Shown here one piece after another: positions 54,011 through 64,000 of a stretch of DNA of 64,000 nucleotides. The stretch's first letter is position 1, and the number at the start of each line of letters is the position of its first letter. The DNA comes from Macrostomum lignano. Lineage: Eukaryota. The stretch is from the NCBI GenBank assembly GCA_002269645.1, contig NIVC01000860.1, positions 1 to 64,000 of the forward strand, given 5' to 3'. The translations under genes were made by a program, and so were the position numbers. The notes under the pieces were generated by a model. That model ran no database searches, was not told the DNA's origin, and saw only the letters and a list, made by a program, of their open reading frames with translations.

Positions 54011-55289
54011 TTCCCTACTGTTCTGGATGAGGCTTTGGAGATTCTCTGAGCTGTTTTGGCTAGCAACAAGCCGTGGATGCTGGCCAAGGACATCCTGATA
54101 TTTAACCGAAAGATGTTGGAGCAAATTCAGGGGTAGATTTGGTGGGCTGTTGGACAGAGTGAACAGGGTAGTCTGCGGTAGATAGTGTAGGCTGTGGTAG
54201 ACGCAGTGATACTCTATATACTACAGACTATGATATCTACCACACCCTACCCTATCTACCATAGCCTACCCTATTTACCGCACCCTACCCTCAAGGACTT
54301 CTCAAGTAGAAGGACGTCACACTCCAGTTATCGTGTAATTTTTTTGGGCGGCCGATTGTTTAAAGTGCTGTAACTTATCAAGTATTGCATGTAGAGGGCT
54401 AGTTCTTTCGCTGATTTGTTCAGAATTTATTCCTCTTTAAAATAATGCTACATTTACGGTTGCATCTGTACGAGGGCGGAAGCAAAGTACAGTAAAGTAC
54501 ATGTACCTTATTATTTATAAAAGCTAAATTTATAATTTAAGCACGCTAGCTATCCGATTTTTAGTTACTATAGGAGCGTATAAACATGTAGCAGCTAGCT
54601 ACATCCAAGGCATAAAGTGATTAAAGAGCTGCAAAGATACACGCATCCGATGGCCACTGGCTTGACACGGGAGGCTCTAGCGACAGACATATAATATATA
54701 GTGTGAAAGTTCTGAATATCATTAGCTTATGCATTTGTAGTTTTTTCTAATTTAAAATTACTAACCAGATGGCTCAGTTTTTGTAGTATAGCTAATAATT
54801 TATATTCTTACCTACCTAGTAATAGTCATAGCTATTCATATTCCTAGCCAAGATAAGACCAATACTTAAAGCTAATAAGCTATAAGAGTACAAACAAATA
54901 TTATGCCTCTGCTTCTGCCATGCCTCTTTGTATTCATTTAAAGTAAATTTGTGATAGAAAAAACTGTTTTGGTGGCTCCCTTCTCTTTGTCTATCATTAC
55001 AAAAAGAGTAAACTTTTTTCATTAATTTTTACTGCAGAAAAAGTCATAAAAAGAGCTTAATACAAATGGCATGGACCCAGTCGAGTTAAAAAGTAATACA
55101 ATATGATATTTGTGTTCACATATTGACGGGACTTTTTAAGGCAAGGCCGCAATCAAGCACAGCAGTTAATTTAAGGATGAAAAACGTGAAAATTTCCTAT
55201 CTTGCCAATGCATTTTACGGTGAAAATCGGCCGTGTAAAAAATTTCCACGAAAGCTGAGTGTAACGTCCTTCTACTTAAGATGTTCTTG

Positions 55290-56990
55290 CCTACCCTATC
55301 TACCATAGCCTACACTATCTACCATAGCCTATCCTATCTACCACAGCCTACCCTATGTACCACAGCCTACCCTATCTACCATAGCCTACACTATCTACCA
55401 TAGCCTACACTATCTACCATAGCCTATCCTATCTACCACAGCCTACCCTATGTACCACAGCCTACCCTATCTACCATAGCCTACACTATCTACCATAGCC
55501 TACACTATCTACCATAGCCTACCCTATCTACCATAGCCTACCCTATCTACCACAGCCTACCCTATCTACCACAGCCTACCCTATCTACCATAGCCTACCC
55601 TATCTACCATAGCCTACCCTATCTACCATAGCCTACCCTATCTACCATAGCCTACCCTATCTACCATAGCCTACACTATCTACCATAGCCTACCCTATCT
55701 ACCACAGCCTACACTATCTACCATAGCCTATCCTATCTACCATAGCCTAGCCTATCTACCATAGCCTATCCTATCTACCATAGCCTATCCTATCTACCAT
55801 AGCCTAGCCTATCTACCATAGCCTATCCTATCTGCCATAGCCTATCTTATCTACCGGACCCGACAATAGCTTTAATGCGATAGAGAAGCGAGTCCAAAAA
55901 TAAAACAGTTAAAATTTGAGAAAATTGATAAATAGGACCTGTAAAGCGGAACCAGGACATTAGCTAGTTATATCTCACGTTGATTTAAAAAAGCAACTAA
56001 GATTTTTTCATAAAACAGAAGGTAGAAGACGTTTCAACAATTAAAAAAAAGATTTTAGTAAAAGAACTGATGAACATAGAGTTTCGAGTTTATCAATCCA
56101 GATCGGTCTTTTCAAGCAGAGGATTCTGTAAGTGCAGGAGTTTTTCCCGAGCGAATTACTGAGCTCTGCGATGTATCAATGTAACAAGCCAAAAATATCA
56201 GCTTTTTTATCTGTTTTTCAACTGTACTTTCAGGGGTTCCGCTCTGCTATTTCAAAATAACAGTGCCAGTCTCGCCGATGCACAGCTGTAGAGGCCCCCT
56301 GCTTATTTTTTCTGCTCACTGGAATGATGAGCAATGAATGACTCTGCAATGGCATTGTCAATGCAAATCTAGTGGTGAAGGGAGAGGCAGGGACCAAAAT
56401 AGGCTGCCAGGTTGTCATGGCGACAAACACAGGAGATTATTTGTGCTTCAAAAAAAGAGTTTTAGGTGCCTAATATTTTTCTATAGGTACTTGCAACGGT
56501 ATCTGCTGCTCACATTCTCAGCTTCTTTAACCCTATCTACCCTGTCTACCACAGCCTACCCTATCTACCACAGCCTAAACTGTCTACCACAGCCTATCCT
56601 ATCTACCACAGCCTACCCTATCTACCACAGCCTATCCTATCTACCACAGCCTACCCTATCTACCACAGCCTATCCTATCTACCACATCCTAAAGTGTCTA
56701 CCACAGCCTACCCTATCTACCACAGCCTACCCTATCTACCACAGCCTACTCTATCTACCACAGCCTATCCTATCTACCACAGCCTACTCTATCTACCACA
56801 GTTTATCCTATCTACCACAGTTTATCCTATCTACGACAGTTTATCCTATCTACCACAGCCTACCCTATCTACCACGGCCTAAACTGTCTACCACAGCCTA
56901 TCCTATCTACAACAGCCTATCCTATCTACCAAAGCCTACACTATCTATCACAGCCTACTCTATCTACCACAGATTACTCTATCTACCACA
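55290..56990 (+). repeat. Family M forward arrays (55290-55855 and 56530-56990)
   Basis: CTACCCTATCTACCAYAGC tandem repeat. Confidence 0.9.
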
Positions 56991-57699
56991 TATTCATATA
57001 TGCATATTCATATGGAAGTCCTTAATTACCCACAGCCAGTGCCTATAACATCTAAAAGAACCTTTCGAGTGTCTGCCAGACCTCTATGCTATCTATTTTC
57101 TTTATATATTTATTTATCAAAACAACTCATAAAATCGAAAGCAATTAGACATGAAAAATAATAATTACTGTTTAACATTGATTTTACAAAACAGGTTTAA
57201 ATCTGAATTTTGTACGCAGCGATAATCCCAACAGAAATAACTCGCATTCAGAAAGAGCTGTTAAAAATAATATTTAGCTATATACCACAGAGTTTTTTAT
57301 CCAAATTAGCAACCTAATAATGATAGATTGTGTACATGGTTTTGTAAATAGACAATGATTATTTGTTAGACTATGACAAAACGAAATGCACAAAAACTTT
57401 GTCTCATGAATGTAATTTTAGCAGCTTAAAAATATTAATTCCGAAGCGTTTAATAATAAGTGTACAGCATGAGAAAATGAAAAGCAAGTCTTAATTGGTT
57501 TGGAAAATCAGTAAACCTGTATATAACAAATTTTATACCAATTGAAGTCCAGGGCAAAATTCAGTGTAAATGTAAGCTTTTGCTTGGCAGCAAAATTTAT
57601 TAGACCAAGAGCAAATGCTTCCAACCATGCGGTGTTGAATAGTTCCAAAAGGCACTCCTGACCGGGTTCTAGGTATCTTTGGCTCTAGGTTCTATGTAA

Positions 57700-58200
57700 G
57701 ATTTTCTTTTGCTCCCTCTCTCACTCTCCCCTTTCTCCTTTCTCCTCTCCCCCCTTTCCCATCTCTCCTCTCACCCTCCCCCTTTCCTCTCTCCTCTCTC
57801 CTCTCTCCTCTCTCCTCTCTCCTCTCTCCTCTCTCCTCTCTCCTCTCTCCTCTCTCCTCTCTCCTCTCTCCTCTCTCCTCTCTCCTCTCTCCTCTCTCCT
57901 CTCTCCTCTCTCCTCTCTCCTCTCTACTCTCTCCTCTCCCTTCTCTCCTTTCTTTTCTCCCCTTTTCCTATCTCTCCCCTCAACCTCCTATCTCTCCTGT
58001 CTCCTCTCTTTTCTCCACCTTTTCCATCTCTCCTCTCACCCTTCCCTGTCTTCCTCTCCCCCTCTCTCCTCTCTCCTCTCTTCTCTCCCCATTTCCCATC
58101 TCTCCTCTCACCCTCCCCTCTCTCCTCTCTCCCTCCCTCCCTTCTCCCGTCTCCCAACCTCCTCTCTCCTCTCCCTCTTATTCCCACTTATTCTCCCTTT
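57700..58200. repeat. CT-rich low-complexity / 7-bp repeat (CTCTCCT)
   Basis: Polypyrimidine tract. Confidence 0.9.
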
Positions 58201-59624
58201 CAACTCACTTTTGGTCCTCATATTTCTCTTCCAGTCATGCTTCCTTATTCTCTTACCTACGCCTCTCCACTTCTTCACACCACCCAATCCCCACACACCC
58301 AAGTCCATGCAATTATGCGTACAACTCTTTCACAACACTTTGCTTTAACGAACGTCTGTCAGTATTCTTTGAATTCAGCATTTCTAGCTCAAGGAAGAGC
58401 TCAGGTGCTTGCAGTGCATTAGCGACCAAGCAGGGGGACAAATTGGAGCAAAAATAGCTGCTGTCATTAGATGACGAATATTTGATGCACTTTCTGTTGC
58501 AACGAGGCTTTTACTTGTGAGTGAGAAGGAAATGGCTTTTAGACTGACTTGGGAGTTTCGTTTTTGCCAGAATCATTTATGCTGACACTGTAGAGTGTTC
58601 TACCTCCCGTTAAAAAAGGAAAAAAGAAGATAATCGTATAATACTACTATAAGTAAGTAAGTACACGCATGTGCGCCTAAGCTTTGAATGAATCACGCTA
58701 CCAGAAAAAGATGTTACCAGAATAATACGCCATGAGCCATTTTCCCCTTTTAGCGCAACACGTGAATTGTCATGATACTATTTTGGATCAAAAACTTGTC
58801 TATAAATACAAGCGATCTGAAGCGGTACCGGAGCCATTCTCCCCACGGAAGAGGAGCGCTCCGAAGAGGAAGCCTTAGGAGGACTTCCTGATATACCAAG
58901 TCAATCGAGACTCGGTCGAGTTGTTGCGGTAAGCCTTCCTTATTTGCGCCGTTGTGTTAGAGACGTCTCGCTCAAGTCTATTGAGACTTGAGTCTATTTG
59001 AGTCTGTTGAGACTCTTGAGTCTGTTTAGACTCCATTGGTTGCAGTCTCCAGAAGGACTGCCCCTGATAGATCTTAGAGGACTATCAGTGGTTTCCGGAG
59101 CTATACCTAGAGTGCATAGAGGCACTGCTCGAAGAAGGAGGCTTAATTTAGACCGCAGTTTGGCGCAGGGATCCCTTTGTTAATTCGGAAGCTTCCCATT
59201 GGTCCGAGCGACAGAATCCGGCCGGAACTATTTGAAGAAGAAAGAAGAATCGGACCCGATCTACAAACGAAAGTCAGAAGTGACTATACGAGAGCAACTG
59301 AAGACAATCGAGAACTACTCCGAGAGATCTCCAAAGGACTCAAGGTAATTGAATACCTTCTGTTGACTTACTGGGTTGCCTAGCTGCTGAGCTAGAAGTG
59401 ATTGTTCCTTGATTATCGAAAGTCGGGTAATAAGGAACACATCAACACGATGATACGCTGTCCCTCCCCCTCCCCGTTAATTTTGCACCTACGGTACAGC
59501 AGCCAATAAGACAGATAATAACAGAATAATTATAGTACTAAGAGTAGTCAATACTTTGCTTCAATTCAAACTGAGAACCACAGTGAAAAATCATCAAAAG
59601 TTATCTTATTGCCTTATCTGTTAC

Positions 59625-62491
59625 TGTCGAATAGACAATAAACTAATAAAATGTGATTAGTGGTGCAGAAAGGAAGAGAGTGAGAGAAGAAGTGAAGGGC
59701 CTAAGCCGCGGGTTGAAGTTGTATTTATACTAACAATGATGAACAGGCCAGCCGAATTGTCTGTGGTAAATGAACGGTTACGATAGTCTGTGGGAAAGGC
59801 ATGGTAGACAAAGGGAGACGGTTAACTGAAAAGTACAAGGTAATAGAAAGTACAAATATTTGGAGGATGGAAATCCGACAGGCTCGGGGGGCCAACAGGT
59901 AACGATGGATAGAGTCGATTTTGAACGGCAAAAACAGTAGAATGATTAAATGGCGAGTATTTGCGCATTGAGTTTAGTTCGTGAAGGCTGTCAAATGTTT
60001 AGTCAGGTTGTAACAATGCCGGGCCGGAAGCCGAGCCGGCAGGCGGGCCGGCAGACGAGACGGGCAGCATCTTCCTTGGTGTCAGCGCGGATGACGAGGT
60101 TGTCGACGTAGAGGCTGCTGATGATGCGCTCGAGCTCGGGTTGGGTGAGGTCGGAATCTCCCGAGTTAATTGGGTCCAAGCAGATCTTGTGGAGGACCGC
60201 CAGGAGAATCCACGGGCTGGGAGAGGCGCCCATGACGATGCGAGTGAAGCGCCAGAGCTCGAAGTTGCCCTGTACTAGCGGCTTGGTGATGTACTTCGGG
60301 AGGATGATGCGGAGGGCGTCGTGGTGAGGTTCGTGAACGCCTATCTGGTAGAAGGCGGCCTTGAGGTCAGATGAGATGCCGAACTGGTGAGCGCGGTGAA
60401 CTAGAAGGACTTGAAGCATTGACGTCAGCAGGTTGGGCCCAGGCTCTAGGAGGTCGTTGAGTGTGGCGCCAGCGAGCGAGGTCTTGGCAGAAGCGTCGAC
60501 GACGGGGCGGATCTTCGTCGTGTTGGAGCTCTCCTTGATGACTGGGAAGTGCGGCAGAGTCTGGATGACTGGGCCAGCTACCTGGCCAGGGCTGACTCGT
60601 TCCAGGACACCTCCTTGCTTGCGCTTCTCGAACTCGGCGTAGTAGGCCTCGCGCTCGGGAAGGCTGAGGCGGCGGTGGGTGGCTTGAGCACGACCGAAGG
60701 CCTGGCCAAAGTTAGAAGGTAGGAGCTCGGCTCCAGGTTCGAATGGCAGGTCGACGGAGATTCGACCGTCGGTATCGCGCATCATGGAGTCGGGCAGGCG
60801 TTCCTGGGGTCTGTCGTTCCTGGCGTCGGGCCTTTCAGCATCCTTTGCCGTGCCGAGAGCTTCGAGGTTGGGCATGCTGTCCAGAAGTCGGTCGAGGTGG
60901 AGCCCATCGTTGTTAGGGAAAGTGTTCGCAATGACCACTTGCGAGGAGCCGAGGAAGCTGTTGAGACGAGAGGCTGTGGTATCGAGGGAGCCGTCGAGGA
61001 TGGCCCCGAAGGGTGTCGGGCAGGCTGTGAGAGTCGGTCGAAGCGCTTGGGCGGGTACGTTAGGGCTGATAGGCTGACTGGCGTCGCTGCAGGGACAAGA
61101 ACTCTTGGGCTCTTGGCTGGCAGTGGAACTTAACTTCGCGGCTGGGCGAGATGTAATGTCGGCGCGAGGAGCGGGGTCAGGTCGATAGGCGTCCGACGAT
61201 AATCGATTGCCGGTGCTGCGGGCTTGTGGCGGCTGGGAACTGGCGTTGCCCAGAAGGATGGCGGAAGCGAAGGTCGCAGCCGGCGGGGTAGCGGAAGCGG
61301 CTCTGAACGTCTTCAGCTTGTAATCGAGGTGGCACTGGAGCTGTGTCATAGTTGGCATGAGAGGCTGCCCGTTGGCAGCACGAAGGTTGCGGATCTCGCT
61401 CTGCAGCTCGATCGGGAGGCGGCTCCACAGGGCGTAGACGTAGCCGTCGAGGGTGCTGGCGGGCTCGCCAAGGCGGAGGAGCTGGCCGGTAGCGAGTCGG
61501 AGGGCGTCGGTGTAGGTCTCGAGCTCGTCTACGTCGGAGGCAGAGCTGCAGTATAGTCCGAGGAGGCGTTGAAAGCAGGTGTTTTTCTGCTCCTGTGCGT
61601 CGGCGTAGTTAGCCTGGAGGACGCGGCAGGCTTCGGCGTAGGCGTTGGGTTGGTAGGCACTGAGGGCGCCCAGCTTCCTGAGGGCGGGGCCGGATAGGAG
61701 ACCGCGGAGTGCCTCGAATTTATCGACGTCGTTGAGGCTGGATTGGTCGACTCGGTAGATGAAGGCGTCCCAGAACCCGGGAAATGCAGCAGGGTCGGTG
61801 CCGTCGAATGTCAGGAGACGGACCTTTTTGAGAACAGTGGATCGGACGAGAGCGGCCGGATCGCACTCACTGGTAGCCGATGACGACGCTGATGTCGGGG
61901 CAGGATTGGTTTTAGCCACGAGCTGTTGTATGAGCTGCATCTGCTGCTGATTCTGTTGTATCATCGCAGTCATCGAGGTGACGAGGGCGTTGAGGTCGAC
62001 GGAGGCGGCGGGAGCTGTTGCAGATCTCCGAGCCGTGGAAGGAGCAGCGGGAGGATCAGATGTCGTGGCGGATGAAGCGGCTGGCGGCGGGTCGCTGCCT
62101 TCGACGGTTGGCTGCTCCGCGGCAGTGGTCGCTTCAGCAGAGACTGTGGTGTGGTCATTCTGGGACTGCTGGGTCTGGTCGCCAGATTGGTCAGTTGTCG
62201 ATGGTGTGATGACCATAACGCTCTGCTACCAAAATTGTCGAATAGACAATAAACTAATAAAATGTGATTAGTGGTGCAGAAAGGAAGAGAGTGAGAGAAG
62301 AAGTGAAGGGCCTAAGCCGCGGGTTGAAGTTGTATTTATACTAACAATAATGAACAGGCCAGCCGAATTGTCTGTGGTAAATGAACGGTTACGATAGTCT
62401 GTGGGAAAGGCATGGTAGACAAAAGGAGACGGTTAACTGAAAAGTACAAGGTAATAGAAAGTACAAATATTTGGAGGATGGAAATCCGACA
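59625..62491 (-). mobile_element. BEL/Pao LTR retrotransposon, internally deleted
   Basis: 256-bp LTRs (59625-59880, 62236-62491) with TG...CA ends and 2 mismatches; GTTAC TSD; PBS TGGTAGCAGAGC at 62220-62231 (tRNA-iMet-like). Confidence 0.95.
60003..62216 (-). CDS. BEL/Pao gag plus truncated RT polyprotein (737 aa)
   Basis: Gag (LLTFDGTDPAAFPGFWDAF, DKFEALRGLL); RT motifs LPHFPVIKESSNTTKIRPVVDAS, LNDLLEPGPNL, SDLKAAFYQI, YVDN. No RNase H or integrase. Confidence 0.88.
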   Translation of the reverse strand: MVITPSTTDQSGDQTQQSQNDHTTVSAEATTAAEQPTVEGSDPPPAASSATTSDPPAAPSTARRSATAPAASVDLNALVTSMTAMIQQNQQQMQLIQQLVAKTNPAPTSASSSATSECDPAALVRSTVLKKVRLLTFDGTDPAAFPGFWDAFIYRVDQSSLNDVDKFEALRGLLSGPALRKLGALSAYQPNAYAEACRVLQANYADAQEQKNTCFQRLLGLYCSSASDVDELETYTDALRLATGQLLRLGEPASTLDGYVYALWSRLPIELQSEIRNLRAANGQPLMPTMTQLQCHLDYKLKTFRAASATPPAATFASAILLGNASSQPPQARSTGNRLSSDAYRPDPAPRADITSRPAAKLSSTASQEPKSSCPCSDASQPISPNVPAQALRPTLTACPTPFGAILDGSLDTTASRLNSFLGSSQVVIANTFPNNDGLHLDRLLDSMPNLEALGTAKDAERPDARNDRPQERLPDSMMRDTDGRISVDLPFEPGAELLPSNFGQAFGRAQATHRRLSLPEREAYYAEFEKRKQGGVLERVSPGQVAGPVIQTLPHFPVIKESSNTTKIRPVVDASAKTSLAGATLNDLLEPGPNLLTSMLQVLLVHRAHQFGISSDLKAAFYQIGVHEPHHDALRIILPKYITKPLVQGNFELWRFTRIVMGASPSPWILLAVLHKICLDPINSGDSDLTQPELERIISSLYVDNLVIRADTKEDAARLVCRPACRLGFRPGIVTT

Positions 62492-62890
62492 GTTACCTTG
62501 TTACCTGTTACCTGTTACCTGTTTCCTTGTTACCTGTTTCCTGTACCTGTTTCATGTTACCTGTTACCTGTTACCTGTTTCCTGTTACCTGTTTCCTGTT
62601 ACCTGTTACTTTGGTACCAGTTAACTTTTACCTTGTTACCTGTTACTTTCTTACCTGTTAACTTTTACCTTGCTACCTGTTACTTTCTTACCTGTTACTT
62701 TGTTACCTGTTAACTTTTATTTTGTTACCTGTTTCCTGTTACCTTTTACCTGTTACTGTTTCCTGTTACCTGTTTCCTGTTACCTGTTTCCTGTTACCTG
62801 TTTCCTGTTACCTGTTTCCTGTTACCTGTTACTTTGGTACCTGTTAACTTTTACCTTGTTACCTGTTACCTTGTTACCTGTTACCTCTGT
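62492..62890. repeat. 7-8 bp satellite (TGTTACC / TGTTTCC)
   Basis: Tandem repeat directly flanking the BEL LTR. Confidence 0.92.
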
Positions 62891-62911
62891 TATGTCAGAG
62901 GCAACCTGATG

Positions 62912-64000
62912 TCAAAGATTGTCAATGAAATGATTGTCACCTGATTGCCAAATGTCAGATGTTGTGATTGGCAACCCATCTTGACTGAGCACTGCTCCAA
63001 TCGCTACCTGAGACGCGTCGCACTCAAGCTCTAGATGCTTCTTGGGGTCATAGGTCGCCAGCATGGTTTCTTTAGACAGAGCAGCCTTGATTTTCTTGAA
63101 CGCTGTCTCTTGTGCGCCAGTCCACATGAACTCGCTATCATTGCGTCGCAGCTTTGACAGCGGCTCGATCAGGTCAGCCAGATTTCTAATAAAACGGCCT
63201 GAGAAGTTCACCATTCCAATGAACGATTCTAATTCAGCGATGTTTTTAGGAGCTGCCATCTACCGAATGGCTCGTACTTTCTCCTCACTTGGCTTAATTG
63301 TGCCAGCTTCTAAGACAAATCCAAGAAATTGCACACGGTCTTTAGCTATTTGGCATTTCGACTCGTTGATCTTGAGCTCATAACGTGCCAACTGCGTCCT
63401 GACCTCTGAATCTCGTTTTTGCAGTTCTTGCTTTGTCGGGCCACCAATCAATATGTCATCAACATATGCCACGGCTCCTGGAATTCCTTGAATCACCTCA
63501 GAGATAAGCCGCTGAAAAATACTTGGCGCTGTTTTGATTCCGAAAACTAAAGGATTGTAGCGGAAATTTCCGAACGGAGTGGCCATCACTGTTAGCTCCT
63601 ATGATGCTTCATCTAACTCTATTTGATGATGGGCCTTTTCTAAACCCAAGATAGAGTAGACTTTACAACCCGTGACAGCTGAAAAAGCCTTCTCTGGAGT
63701 CGGTGACGGGTAGCTGTCGTTGACAAGCTGGGGATTTAACGTTTGCTTGTAATCCACACACAGCCTAACACCGCCTTCCGGCTTTTGGATGAGCACAATG
63801 GTGACGCCCAGTTTGAGAATTTCACTGGTTCGATAATTCCGTCCTTTAGGAGCTCGTCCAATTCAGATCGAGCTTGTTCTTTAAAGCAAACGGGACCGGG
63901 CGTGCTTTAATGTACCTTGGTGTGACGTCATCCTTGAGCTGTAAGTGTGCCTTGAACCTTATTTGGGCATCAATTGGGGGCAACTCCTGTCCGGAATCCA
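62912..64000 (-). mobile_element. Ty3/Gypsy pol fragment (RT and start of RNase H), decayed
   Basis: VRLCVDYK, TPFGNFRY..LVFGI..APSIFQR, YVDDILI, FLGFV, LECDASQVAIGAVLSQ. In-frame stops; truncated in RNase H. Confidence 0.92.

Overview
Eukaryotic, animal genomic DNA. It has GC-rich exons, short introns and a different mini/microsatellite in almost every intron and spacer, a style typical of a free-living flatworm such as Macrostomum (inference, not provable here). The left third carries five co-oriented minus-strand genes: SMYD4-like, SmD1, anillin, COX6A and a DTHD1-like ZU5 gene. Three of them (SmD1, anillin, COX6A) have a 3' splice acceptor 9-17 nt before the ATG, suggesting a trans-spliced operon. 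The middle holds tRNA-Gly(TCC), a 4-exon PDE9-like phosphodiesterase, tRNA-Leu(TAA), a transgelin/calponin pseudogene split by a LINE, an intronless Ly6/three-finger gene and a decayed Tc1 transposon. The 45-57 kb block is built from one 19-20 bp minisatellite in switching orientations. Interleaved with it are diverged copies of an unexplained unit (X-box-like motif, micro-exon-like splice signals, relics of an unidentified protein). The right end has a young, internally deleted BEL/Pao LTR element with a 5-bp TSD and a decayed Ty3/Gypsy pol. Most long ORFs in the supplied track are repeat artefacts. All exon models were made by eye and need RNA-seq confirmation.
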